From a virus (Duplodnaviria; Caudoviricetes), in the IMG/VR virus record IMGVR_UViG_3300030397_000833, positions 1 through 32,054 of that record: DNA of 32,054 nucleotides. One strand, written 5' to 3'. A model generated the notes under the pieces. That model saw only the letters and a program-made list of their open reading frames with translations. It had not been told where the DNA came from and made no database searches. The translations under genes and the position numbers were made by a program. This document shows, in pieces, positions 1 to 9,199 of this stretch (its first letter is position 1; every line of letters starts with the position of its first letter).

Positions 1-25
1 TTTCCCAGTCACGATCGCGGGGGGT
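1..25 (+). other. Probable library artefact: Round A/B random-amplification primer tag plus N9
   Basis: Bases 1-16 TTTCCCAGTCACGATC match the last 16 nt of the commonly used tag GTTTCCCAGTCACGATC (recalled from memory) and lie exactly at the sequence end. Confidence 0.75.
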
Positions 26-45
26 GTGGGGGGGAGAGAAGTGTC

Positions 46-74
46 TTGACACCAGGAGATATCTTGACCATGCT
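46..74 (+). promoter_or_regulatory. Possible sigma70-type promoter
   Basis: TTGACA (46-51), 17 nt spacer, CATGCT (69-74), upstream of the first ORF. Confidence 0.3.
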
Positions 75-251
75 TGACCCTGGTCAGCTATTTGCCTGAC
101 CAGTCCAGGGCCAGGGCCATTTCTCCTGCACCAAGAGAACCTGTCCCCACCGGCAAACGACCCGGTCTTGTGCAGGAACCTGAATCCAGGAGGACCAGTG
201 TTCCAGGGGTGTCAAACTCTTCCATGTATGGGGACAGATGGAGAAATGTTC

Positions 252-716
252 ATGTCAGACGGTCAAAAGCGTGTGTTCCTTGTTGCTTGTGTTTCCAGGA
301 AGAAGACCACTCCAGCTCCGGCCCGGGATCTTTACCAGTCTCCTTGGTTCCTGAAGGCCAAAAGCTATGTGGAGGCACAAGGAGTGCCCTGGTTCATCTT
401 GTCGGCCAAACACGGTCTGGTTGAACCTGACACGGAGCTGGAACCCTACAATCAGACCCTGTCCACAGCTGGTGTTGAGGTCAGACGTCAGTGGACAGCT
501 GGTGTCCTGGAAGACCTGAAGACCAGACTTGATGGTCCCCACACCATCTTCTTTTTGGCAGGACGTAAATACAGACAGTTTCTCCAGGAATCCCTGTTAG
601 CCATGGGCCATGATGTCCAGGTTCCCATGAACAGCATGGGCATTGGCCATCAGCTGGCCTGGTTGACCAAAGAAGTGGAGCTGGCGGAGCAAAACAAGAG
701 CACTGACCACCACTGA
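252..716 (+). CDS. DUF6884-like protein
   Basis: Motifs LVACVSRK-x5-ARDLYQSPWF, WFILSAKHGL, LEPYNQTL, FLAGRKY, MGIGHQLAWL; ATG 252 follows GGAG at 240-243 (ORF track starts at 168). Confidence 0.75.
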   Translation: MSDGQKRVFLVACVSRKKTTPAPARDLYQSPWFLKAKSYVEAQGVPWFILSAKHGLVEPDTELEPYNQTLSTAGVEVRRQWTAGVLEDLKTRLDGPHTIFFLAGRKYRQFLQESLLAMGHDVQVPMNSMGIGHQLAWLTKEVELAEQNKSTDHH

Positions 717-762
717 CTACCACTGGAGCTGTTTGACGAGGGCCACCAGGAGGGCCTGACAA

Positions 763-1050
763 GTGACCAGAGACCAGATTGGCCGTTTGGAAGCTACTGG
801 CTTGAAGGCAACTGAAGAGAACATCCAGGCCCTGGAGACCATGGCCTGGAGTTATGGTTTCCAGGGAGAACGGCTCCTGGAGGCCATGTTTGATGCCAGT
901 AGGGGAGAGTTTGAGTTGTTGAAGTTCTTTGGCATCAGGGCCAGTGCTGAAGGTACACAGGTCAAGATGGTTCGTGGAGGCATTACACGTCTGTTCAACA
1001 AGGACCATGAAGGCCAGGTTCAGTTCATGTTGGCCATCATAGGAAACTGA
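763..1050 (+). CDS. Hypothetical protein
   Basis: 95 aa ORF with GTG start after AGGAGG; its stop is coupled to the next gene by TGATCATG. Confidence 0.65.
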   Translation: MTRDQIGRLEATGLKATEENIQALETMAWSYGFQGERLLEAMFDASRGEFELLKFFGIRASAEGTQVKMVRGGITRLFNKDHEGQVQFMLAIIGN

Positions 1051-1052
1051 TC

Positions 1053-1601
1053 ATGTATGGTTCTGTCATGAGACCATCTGAACGTGGTGACATCTTCTTC
1101 AGCCTGACCCATGCCCAGTATGGAGAGATGGTGGGGTATATCGCCCTGGATGAAGCTGAGAATGATCAAAGGCTTCTTCTTCGTCTTGAGGATGGCCTCT
1201 TTGTGACCAGTTCCTTCGAGGATACAGTTTTCAGTGTCAGACATGACCCTGGTGTCTTTTGGGGGCTGAAGGGGACAGATGGGACCATGGACTGGTGGGG
1301 ACTGAAACAGGACGATGTCAGATGGATCATTATGGCCACCACTTTGGAGACGCTGGCCAAACAGGAACTGGAGAGGGGAGAACCTGAGTTCATGGGGAAA
1401 CCTGAGAGGTGGTTTGAAGCCATGAATTTCAGATGTCCCAATGATCATGTGTCCCGGTTTTACATTAAATCTGAAGAAGAGGGTTCTTTGTGTCCTTTGT
1501 GCTGTGGACTCCTTCAGTTGACTTTTCCTGAAGATGTGGATGGACCCCTGGCCTATCCTCGTGTTGTCAAGGAGGACCAGGAAGAAGAAGCCGATTCTTG
1601 A
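1053..1601 (+). CDS. Hypothetical protein with C-terminal putative zinc ribbon
   Basis: 182 aa; CPNDH...CPLCC near the C-terminus; acidic tail. Confidence 0.65.
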   Translation: MYGSVMRPSERGDIFFSLTHAQYGEMVGYIALDEAENDQRLLLRLEDGLFVTSSFEDTVFSVRHDPGVFWGLKGTDGTMDWWGLKQDDVRWIIMATTLETLAKQELERGEPEFMGKPERWFEAMNFRCPNDHVSRFYIKSEEEGSLCPLCCGLLQLTFPEDVDGPLAYPRVVKEDQEEEADS

Positions 1602-1692
1602 TCTTGCTAGACCAGACCATAACCCTGTTGCTGATGCTCGCCAGTCAGCCCGTTTGTTGAAGAAAGCGTTTCTTTATTGAGGAGGAGGACCC

Positions 1693-1977
1693 ATGCAGCG
1701 TTTTTTGATTGGAATCCGATCTGATGTGACTGGGGAGGAATGGTCTGAAGGCTACGATGCAGCTGCAAAGGGAGTGTCCAGTCTTCATGATGCCCTGGAC
1801 TGGGCCAATGACACTGTGGCTCAGTTCAATTTGAAGGAGCGCCATAGACGTTCCTTTGTCCCGGACGTTCCTCTTAGAACCGTCAAACGTCCCATCTACA
1901 AAGCCAGGACACGGACTCTCCTCTATGTGGAGGACCCTGAGTCTGGAGAACGTTTGACCGTTGCCACTGAAGACTGA
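1693..1977 (+). CDS. Hypothetical protein
   Basis: Strong SD GAGGAGGAGG upstream of ATG; 94 aa. Confidence 0.7.
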   Translation: MQRFLIGIRSDVTGEEWSEGYDAAAKGVSSLHDALDWANDTVAQFNLKERHRRSFVPDVPLRTVKRPIYKARTRTLLYVEDPESGERLTVATED

Positions 1978-1979
1978 TC

Positions 1980-2231
1980 ATGTTCAACCGGATCATCAAA
2001 CACACCAGGCGTGGAAGGTTCTATGTCAATGTGGCTGTCTGTACCAAGGTCCATGCCCCCGGTGTTTATGAGGTTCGGTTCCACTGTTTCGAGAATTTGA
2101 CCATGAAGTCAGTCCTTCATCTGGTCCGTGAATACGGCTGGGCTGGTTTCCAGGTCCTTGATCATCAAGACAATGTTGTCCCCATGGATGGCCAGGTGGA
2201 GCTGGTGACACATCAAAAGGGGGAGGGTTGA
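1980..2231 (+). CDS. Hypothetical protein
   Basis: 83 aa, tightly packed, with TGATCATG junctions at both ends. Confidence 0.65.
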   Translation: MFNRIIKHTRRGRFYVNVAVCTKVHAPGVYEVRFHCFENLTMKSVLHLVREYGWAGFQVLDHQDNVVPMDGQVELVTHQKGEG

Positions 2232-2233
2232 TC

Positions 2234-2830
2234 ATGCGATCTGAAGATTTCATTGGCCCGGTTTATATCCAGTGGCTGATTGATCAGTTTGTCTGTGAAG
2301 CATGTTTCCAGGTTTTTCCCAAAGTGAACCAGCACCAGCATCCTACAGGCAATCCAGATAACCCCTTGAAGTTTGTTTGTGAAACCTGTTTCCTTCAATG
2401 GAATATTTCAAAGGCCAACATCAAGCCGGAAGACCTGATCATGTATTTGACAAGTATCAAAGTTGAAGGTGAGGTCTCTGAACACCTTGTCAACAGCAAT
2501 GCTGGCCAAATCGTTATCAATCGCGTTGGCCAGCTGGTCCATGTTCAAGGTGCAGGACTGGACCTGGTCTTCACTGTCAGTGACGTTGGCACTGGCAGTC
2601 TTCCTGCTCAGTACATTCCAGCCCAACTTCTGGCCCTCCTGGAGGTCCACTTCAGTCCTTCCTGGTTGGGGAGGAAGGCTGTCCAGAAATGCCGTTGCCT
2701 GTGTTCTGATGCCATTGACTGTGTCCTGATCAGACTTGGTCAGGGGGATGATTATGGTGGTGAATGGGCTGAAGATGACCCGTGTTGGTGTCCCTGTCAC
2801 ACTCCTGAAGAACCTGTGGGTGATGGCTGA
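2234..2830 (+). CDS. Hypothetical Cys-rich protein (putative metal-binding at both ends)
   Basis: GGGAGG SD; CEAC...CETC near the N-terminus; CRCLC-x5-C...PCWCPCH at the C-terminus. Confidence 0.65.
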   Translation: MRSEDFIGPVYIQWLIDQFVCEACFQVFPKVNQHQHPTGNPDNPLKFVCETCFLQWNISKANIKPEDLIMYLTSIKVEGEVSEHLVNSNAGQIVINRVGQLVHVQGAGLDLVFTVSDVGTGSLPAQYIPAQLLALLEVHFSPSWLGRKAVQKCRCLCSDAIDCVLIRLGQGDDYGGEWAEDDPCWCPCHTPEEPVGDG

Positions 2831-2832
2831 TC

Positions 2833-3039
2833 ATGAACTGGTATGTACAAACACAGGATCCAGCTGCATCATCAGGGACGAGTGAAGACGTGGGTGATGT
2901 GTACTTTGGTGCACGATCTGCCTGGTACGCTTATTGGAGAGCAACGCGCCTCCATGGTGGTCAGCTGGATGTTCTCCTGGTCAGTGATGGTGTCATTGTT
3001 GCCTGTGTCTATGTTCCTGACCCTGATGAAGGGGAATGA
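2833..3039 (+). CDS. Hypothetical protein
   Basis: 68 aa with TGATCATG junctions at both ends. Confidence 0.6.
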   Translation: MNWYVQTQDPAASSGTSEDVGDVYFGARSAWYAYWRATRLHGGQLDVLLVSDGVIVACVYVPDPDEGE

Positions 3040-3041
3040 TC

Positions 3042-3323
3042 ATGCACAGGTTCTATACAAGGGTCCTTCGTGAAGGAGAGCACAGAGGGCTGACTTTGCA
3101 GCTTAGACAAGACCCTGAAACAGGGGTTTTTGCCATCCTGGTTGTTCATGAAGGCCAACCACATAGCGTGTCCAATGTGCGCTCCTTCTGGACATGTTGG
3201 TATTCTTTCCGAGTGGCTATAGCTACCTGGAACCGTCTGATGGAGGACCGGGATTATCCCTTTGTGGAGGTTCTTGGAGCTGAAGGCGATGAACGACAAT
3301 TCTGGCTTCGTCGCAGGAGATGA
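3042..3323 (+). CDS. Hypothetical protein
   Basis: ATG at 3042 (alternative 3036) after AAGGGG; fills the gap before terS. Confidence 0.6.
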   Translation: MHRFYTRVLREGEHRGLTLQLRQDPETGVFAILVVHEGQPHSVSNVRSFWTCWYSFRVAIATWNRLMEDRDYPFVEVLGAEGDERQFWLRRRR

Positions 3324-3329
3324 TTCAAG

Positions 3330-3950
3330 ATGGCGAAGAAAACCAAGAAGACCAAAAGCCGTGGGCGCCGTTCTCTTTTGACCAAGGAGAGACAGGACAA
3401 GATTGTCCAGGGCCTGGAGAGTGGAAACACCTACAAGACATCAGCTGCACTGGCTGGTATCAGTGAATCAGGTTTTTGGAAGTGGATGGAACGTGGTGAA
3501 GCTGAACTGGCCCGTGTTGACGAGGATGGAAGACGTTCAGTGAAAGAGAAGGAGAGGCCCTATGTGGAATTTGTGGAGGCAATAAGAAAGGCCAGAGCAC
3601 AGGCTGAATGCTTCCACGTATCCCGGGTTCAGCTGGCTGCATCAGGCATCCCTGACAAGACGGAAGTATCCACCGTGGAACATCCTGATGGTCGTGTGGA
3701 AAAGGTGACGGTCATCACCAAGGGACAGGCGCCTTCCTGGCAAGCTTCGGCCTGGTGGCTGGAGAGGACCAATCCCAAAGAATTTGGACGCAAGCTCCAA
3801 CACGCCAATGCTGATGGTGATGGTGATGCTGTCATCAGTCTGACCATCAGCCAGGTCAACAAGGCTGTCAGGGAAGGCAAGGAGCGTGCAAAGAAGTCCA
3901 GAGACAAGGCCAGGTCCAGAAAGGCGAGGAAGAACCCCCTGGATTCATGA
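3330..3950 (+). CDS. terS: Terminase small subunit
   Basis: N-terminal HTH (YKTSAALAGISESGFWKWMERG), EFVEAIRKARAQAE, WQASAWWLERTNPKEFG; overlaps the terL start (ATGA). Confidence 0.8.
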   Translation: MAKKTKKTKSRGRRSLLTKERQDKIVQGLESGNTYKTSAALAGISESGFWKWMERGEAELARVDEDGRRSVKEKERPYVEFVEAIRKARAQAECFHVSRVQLAASGIPDKTEVSTVEHPDGRVEKVTVITKGQAPSWQASAWWLERTNPKEFGRKLQHANADGDGDAVISLTISQVNKAVREGKERAKKSRDKARSRKARKNPLDS

Positions 3951-5476
3951 CCACACAGGCACAGCAAGAAGAAATAGCCCGTGAAATTGCGGCCTGTTCT
4001 GAAGATTACATCCACTTTATAGAAAATCATTGCTTCATCTTTGAAGCCGTATCTGGTGAATGGATTCCTTTTGAGCTGTGGGCTGAACAGATTGAAGCCG
4101 TTGACTCCGTCCATGATCATCAATTCACCATCATCCTGAAGGCCAGACAATTGGGGCTGACCTGGCTGATTCTGGCGTATGCCTTGTGGCTGATGCTCTT
4201 CAGGCCAGCATCCATCATTCTCTTGTATTCCAAGGGCAAGTCTGAAGCCCAATACCTCCTTGATTGGAGGTTGCGTGGGATGCATGAACGCCTTCCTGAA
4301 TGGATGACAGCTGGCCAGAACAGCTCCACCAGGTCATCCAAGAACCCTTCCAAATCTGAATTCCAGCTCCAGAACGGCTCTATTGCTTACAGCTTCCCCA
4401 GGGTCGGGGGTGATGGCTACACAGCCACACTGGCCCTGGCTGATGAAGCTGACCTCCATTATGACCTTGGTCAGCTGATGAAATCAGTCAGAGCCACGGT
4501 GGATGCAGGAGGGAAGCTGGTCCTTTTATCCAGGGTGGACAAGGACAGGCCCAACACCGAATTCAAGCGGATTTACAGAGGAGCCAAGGCTGGTAAGAAC
4601 GCTTATTGTCCAATCTTCCTGCCCTGGTATGTCCACCCCGATAGGACGGTCGACTGGTACAAGAACCAGGAACGTGATTGCCTGGTGAACACCCATGCCC
4701 TGGACCGTCTTCACGAGCAATACCCGACCACAGATGATCAGGCCCTGAAACAGGCCAGTTTGAAGAAACGCCTTCCTCCAGACCTTTTGAACAAGGATGC
4801 TGTCTGGGAAGAACTTCCTCCCATCTACCCACAACCAGCCAACCTCCCAGCCGGTTTGGAAGGGATCAGGTTGTACAATCTTCCGGGGCCTGGAGAGATA
4901 TACCGAATCGGGGTGGACTGTGCAGAAGGTGTGGATGGTGGAGATGACAGTGTTGCAGCTGTCATCAACATGGGAACAGGTGAGCTGGTAGCACATCTGT
5001 CAGGCAAGTTTGAACCAATGGCCGATTGGCCATCTATACTCCTGGTCCTGTCAGCCTGGTTCAATGATGCATGTCTTCTTATTGAGAGGAACAATCATGG
5101 CCATGCTGTCATTGGGTACATTCAGGCTGAACATGCTGAGTTGTTGCTCCGAGGTCCGGACGGGCGTTATGGTTGGTCCAACCAGGATAGGAAGGCAAAA
5201 GCTGATCTTTATGACACGTTTGCTTTTGACCTGAAGAATCAGGGTGTTCTGATCCATGATTGGACTGTACATGAACAACTTGGAGCCATTGACAGAATTA
5301 CCCTGGCACATCCTGCAAAGAAGAAGGGAGCCGTCTGTGTTGATGATGAAGCTATGGCCTGTGTGCTGGCCAACAAAGCCCGATACATTGAACCGGATGT
5401 GATCAGGTTGGCGAGGGCTGATGGTGGTGGTGGTGGAGAGTCTTTTCAGATGGCCACGTCAAACTTTGTGCGTTGA
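3947..5476 (+). CDS. terL: Terminase large subunit
   Basis: Q-motif FELWAEQ, Walker A ILKARQLGLTW, Walker B LALADEAD, nuclease motifs IGVDCAEG...GDDS, IERNNHG, DDEAMA. Confidence 0.95.
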   Translation: MTTQAQQEEIAREIAACSEDYIHFIENHCFIFEAVSGEWIPFELWAEQIEAVDSVHDHQFTIILKARQLGLTWLILAYALWLMLFRPASIILLYSKGKSEAQYLLDWRLRGMHERLPEWMTAGQNSSTRSSKNPSKSEFQLQNGSIAYSFPRVGGDGYTATLALADEADLHYDLGQLMKSVRATVDAGGKLVLLSRVDKDRPNTEFKRIYRGAKAGKNAYCPIFLPWYVHPDRTVDWYKNQERDCLVNTHALDRLHEQYPTTDDQALKQASLKKRLPPDLLNKDAVWEELPPIYPQPANLPAGLEGIRLYNLPGPGEIYRIGVDCAEGVDGGDDSVAAVINMGTGELVAHLSGKFEPMADWPSILLVLSAWFNDACLLIERNNHGHAVIGYIQAEHAELLLRGPDGRYGWSNQDRKAKADLYDTFAFDLKNQGVLIHDWTVHEQLGAIDRITLAHPAKKKGAVCVDDEAMACVLANKARYIEPDVIRLARADGGGGGESFQMATSNFVR

Positions 5477-5491
5477 ACCACGGGAGTGATC

Positions 5492-7024
5492 ATGGGCTTG
5501 TTTTCAAACATCTGGGATACCTTTACTGGAAAGGGCCGGACTCCTGTGGTGGTGGATGGTCCTCCAGGAGGTGGTTCTGGTCTTGATGCATCAGCTCCAA
5601 CAGTTCCAGCTCTCCCAGCTGGAGGTGATGGTGTCAGTTCCATGGAAGTGACAGCCAGTGCTGTCCAGGCTTCAAGTCGTGACACCAATACGATGCCACA
5701 AGGCAAGAACATTCCACTTTCACAGGCTGTTGCCAGGGGAGGGACAACAGGACGGCCTGTCTGGTCCAATTGGTCAACAGCCAAGGCCATCAGGGAAGGT
5801 CTGAAGGCAAACATCTGGGTTTACATTTGTGCCATGAAGGTGGCCAGGAGCGTGGCTTCAGTGCCCCTGGTGGTCAAACGCCGTCAAGCTGATGGGACGT
5901 TGACTGAGACAAGTCCTACTGAACCGCTTCAAGTCCTTCTGGACAACCCCAACCCCTATTGGTCGAGACAAGACTATATGGAGCGTCTGGCCCTCCAGAT
6001 GCTCCTTGGTGGCAATAGCCTGACCCGTAAGGTCAGAAGCAAGGTTCTGGAGCCAGGGCGTGTACTCCAGCTGTGGCTGACACCTCCAGACCTGATCAAG
6101 CCCGTTCCTGGAAGCAACAAGTTCTTGTCTCATTACGTGTTCAAGCCTCCCCGTGGAAAGAAGGAGGTCATTCCACCTCATGACATCATGCATTTGATGT
6201 TCACTGACCCTGGCAATCCCTATTGGGGCCTGTCTCCTGTCCAGGCCGGGGCCAAGACGATTGACACGGACAATGAAGCCGTCAGGTGGAACAAGATGGC
6301 CCTCCAGAACAGGGCTGTCACAGATGGTGTCTTCAGCTTTGACAAGGACCTGAACCAGACTAGCTGGCTAGAGGCCAGGCGTCAGATCAGAGAGCAACAC
6401 ATGGGCAGCAAGAATGCCCGTATGCCATGGGTCCTGGGATCCAAAGCTTCCTGGACACAGATGTCCCTGAGTCCCGTGGACATGGATTTCCTGGATGGAC
6501 GCAAGTTCACCAGGACTGAAATCTGTGCGATCTTCAACGTCCCCACACAGATTGTGGGCATTCCTGATTCAGCCACCTATGCCAATTACACAGCTGCCCT
6601 TCAGGCGTTCTGGCGTGACACCGTTTTGCCATTCCTGGCTGACATCCTTGGAGGGATGAACAGGAGCATAGCTCCAGAGTTTGGGGATGACCTGGTCATT
6701 GAAGCTGATCTGTCTGGTGTCCTGGCCCTCCAGGTCATCCCTGAGTCCAGCTTGAACGCCGTGGAGACGTTGTTTGACCGTGGTGTCCCAATGTCGGTCC
6801 TGAACAAGCGCCTTCACCTTGGCTTGGAGGCTTATCCCGGGTGGGATGTCTCCTATATCAACGGAATGCCAGCATCTGAAGGCCAGCTGGACCCAATGTC
6901 CGAACCAAAACGGGCGCCTGTTACCACCACGAAAGAACAGGAGTCTATGTCAGAGGACATCATTGTGTTCCAGCAATGCCTGGACATGTTGGATGAATAC
7001 GGCGTCCACCTGGATGCTGCCTGA
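5492..7024 (+). CDS. Portal protein (HK97 family)
   Basis: VYICAMKVARSVASVP, LLDNPNPY, LLGGN, YWGLSPV, DMDFLDGRKFTRTEICAIFNVP, ATYAN; directly after terL. Confidence 0.95.
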   Translation: MGLFSNIWDTFTGKGRTPVVVDGPPGGGSGLDASAPTVPALPAGGDGVSSMEVTASAVQASSRDTNTMPQGKNIPLSQAVARGGTTGRPVWSNWSTAKAIREGLKANIWVYICAMKVARSVASVPLVVKRRQADGTLTETSPTEPLQVLLDNPNPYWSRQDYMERLALQMLLGGNSLTRKVRSKVLEPGRVLQLWLTPPDLIKPVPGSNKFLSHYVFKPPRGKKEVIPPHDIMHLMFTDPGNPYWGLSPVQAGAKTIDTDNEAVRWNKMALQNRAVTDGVFSFDKDLNQTSWLEARRQIREQHMGSKNARMPWVLGSKASWTQMSLSPVDMDFLDGRKFTRTEICAIFNVPTQIVGIPDSATYANYTAALQAFWRDTVLPFLADILGGMNRSIAPEFGDDLVIEADLSGVLALQVIPESSLNAVETLFDRGVPMSVLNKRLHLGLEAYPGWDVSYINGMPASEGQLDPMSEPKRAPVTTTKEQESMSEDIIVFQQCLDMLDEYGVHLDAA

Positions 7025-7075
7025 TCATCACCCACCACCACACCCACCACATCCCTCCTCCACGGCTTCAAACCC

Positions 7076-8977
7076 ATGCCTGTCTTCCTGACAAAAGACT
7101 TCAGCCCCCTGGTTGCTCCAGATGAGCAGGAAGCCCTGATCAGGCAGCTGATTGACAGCCAGTCTCCTTCTTTGAGAAGGGCCGTGGAGCGTGTCTGGAA
7201 AGCTCAGAAGGAGTCCATCACCCGGGACAGCATGGTCAGAGCCCTTCAGGGTGGTGGCATCCCTGACACGTTGGTTGATCAGTGGCGTCAGCTCTATTCA
7301 GAGTTTGTGGTCAGTGAACTTAGACCACGTTGGCTGGCTGGCTCCAATTTTGCCAGACGTCCACTGGTGGACTCCCTTAGACGAGGACTGGGCAGGAATC
7401 CTGACTTTGCAGCTTTCCAGAATGCACAGGCCAGGTGGCTTGATATGCGTGGAGCATCGATGGTCAGAGGGCTGTCTAGCACACAACGTCAAGCCATGAA
7501 CGCAGCCCTTAGACACTTCATTGTGGATGAACCCAAAAGCCCCATTCAGCTGGCCAGGGTGATGGAGGACTTTGTGGGTCTGACGCCCACACAATCAGGG
7601 TGGGTGACAAACAGAAGGAAGAAGGACGTGGCAGCTGGCCTGACGCCTGTCCAGGTGGAAAGGCGGTCGAGGGCCTTTGCAGTCAGGCTCCAGCGTCAAA
7701 GAGCTGAAAGGATTGCAAGGACCGAAGTTGCCACGGCCTTTAACCAGGGGCAGCTGATGACCATGGAAGCTGCCAGGGACAGTGGTGATGTCCAGACAGC
7801 CATCATCAAGGAGTGGTTCACCAGTGTGGATGAAAGGGTGTGCAAGCTTTGTGCTCCGCTCCACGGCCAGCAAGCTCCACTTGATGAAACGTTCCCAGGT
7901 TGGCCAGGTGGAGAGCTGACACCACCAAGACATCCGGTGTGCAGGTGTGTGGTGGTCTATGAAGTGGAGGATTTCCCAGACACGCCACCAGTGCAGGAGC
8001 CTGAGACTGGTCCAGAAGGTGAACCCTTGTATGACGAGGATCCAGAATACATTACAGCTCCATCCCGGGCTGATGTGGTCCAGTGGAACAGACAGGCTTA
8101 TGACAGGATTCTGGATGATGAAAACAAGTCCATCATTCCACCAGCTGGTCAGCCCTTTGACAAAGCACAGTTCCTGGACAGACATGGCAAGCTGGTTCTG
8201 GCTTCTGGCACCAGGTCACCACGGAACAGGAGGGCCAGAAGGGAGCTGAACCATCTTCTGGATATGTATGGCCTGGCCAACAATGATGTCGAATTTCAGA
8301 GACCAGGTATGGCTGGCTATTCCAGTGGCAGGATGCCAAGGGGGGCAGCTGCTTTTCATGACTGGAACGGGGATATCAGGTTTGGGCGTGATGTCATGAG
8401 GGGTCTTAGAGACATAGGCAAGAATGGAGGGCCTAGACGGGGTCTTGGAAGGTCAGACAGGCAAATTCTTGGTGTGGCCATCCATGAAGGCCTCCATGGA
8501 CGCTCCCCCTGGTCAGGTATGCGTCCAGGAGCATGGTATGGGTCTTCCCGGACAGCCAAGTGGATGGAGGAAGTGGCCACGGAACTTCCTGCCCGTCAAA
8601 TTGTGGCTGATCTTTGGGGAAATGGGACACCATCCCGGATAGGCCCTTATGACAGGGCCATTGGTGCAGGTGAAAAGGCACTGGACAAGATTTTCAAGGC
8701 CCGTGGTGTCTCCTCCAGTTCCAATGTCCTTAGAGACCATATGACCAGGGCCAGTTTCAGGTTCAAGCGCCTCACCAATCCCCATGGTTCAGGTGCTAGC
8801 CCATCTTCTTTCACTCCACAGGAGCGTGAAGAACTGGTTCTGAAGAGATGGGCTGAACAGGTGGACTGGCCAGATGAAATGATCAGGGATTCAGACGGGT
8901 CCTTGAACACGGAGAAGTTGAAGGAAGCCAGGGAAGACCTGGTCAGGGAGTTGAAAAGCGAGTTTGAGAGGTTGTGA
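7076..8977 (+). CDS. MuF / SPP1 gp7-like minor head protein with C-terminal zincin-like metallopeptidase domain
   Basis: RAERIARTEVATAFNQG, KEWFTSVDERVCKLC, PPRHPVCRC (MuF), then an acidic Pro-rich linker and HEGLH (8483-8497) with downstream EEVATE. Confidence 0.85.
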   Translation: MPVFLTKDFSPLVAPDEQEALIRQLIDSQSPSLRRAVERVWKAQKESITRDSMVRALQGGGIPDTLVDQWRQLYSEFVVSELRPRWLAGSNFARRPLVDSLRRGLGRNPDFAAFQNAQARWLDMRGASMVRGLSSTQRQAMNAALRHFIVDEPKSPIQLARVMEDFVGLTPTQSGWVTNRRKKDVAAGLTPVQVERRSRAFAVRLQRQRAERIARTEVATAFNQGQLMTMEAARDSGDVQTAIIKEWFTSVDERVCKLCAPLHGQQAPLDETFPGWPGGELTPPRHPVCRCVVVYEVEDFPDTPPVQEPETGPEGEPLYDEDPEYITAPSRADVVQWNRQAYDRILDDENKSIIPPAGQPFDKAQFLDRHGKLVLASGTRSPRNRRARRELNHLLDMYGLANNDVEFQRPGMAGYSSGRMPRGAAAFHDWNGDIRFGRDVMRGLRDIGKNGGPRRGLGRSDRQILGVAIHEGLHGRSPWSGMRPGAWYGSSRTAKWMEEVATELPARQIVADLWGNGTPSRIGPYDRAIGAGEKALDKIFKARGVSSSSNVLRDHMTRASFRFKRLTNPHGSGASPSSFTPQEREELVLKRWAEQVDWPDEMIRDSDGSLNTEKLKEAREDLVRELKSEFERL

Positions 8978-9174
8978 TGGGACTGTTGACGGAATTGACA
9001 ATGGATGACCCAATTGGGGCTATGGCTGTGGTTGAAGATTGGATGGAAAGGGATGTCCCGGAAGCTGATCAGGATTGGCAGTCGTTGTTGATGCATTTTT
9101 CAACAGCTGCGCTTCAAGACAGTTTCCTGGATCAGGTCCAAGAAAGGTGGCCTGATCTTTTTGACGAGGATTGA
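8977..9174 (+). CDS. Small acidic protein, candidate immunity/partner protein of the MuF fusion
   Basis: Start overlaps the MuF stop (TGATG); 65 aa, D/E rich; function inferred from position only. Confidence 0.5.
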   Translation: MGLLTELTMDDPIGAMAVVEDWMERDVPEADQDWQSLLMHFSTAALQDSFLDQVQERWPDLFDED

Positions 9175-9199
9175 CAGTCATTTAGCACCGATCAACAAT
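9171..9199 (+). promoter_or_regulatory. Possible sigma70-type promoter
   Basis: TTGACA (9171-9176), 17 nt spacer, AACAAT (9194-9199). Confidence 0.35.

Noticed and set aside
17-34. G-run as a G-quadruplex or packaging site
   Set aside because: It is adjacent to and partly within the suspected primer/N9 region, so it is unreliable
3947-5476. Intein or intron in terminase, portal or capsid genes
   Set aside because: TerL and portal have normal lengths, with no intein splice motifs or homing endonuclease; the capsid insert lacks C/S...HN ends
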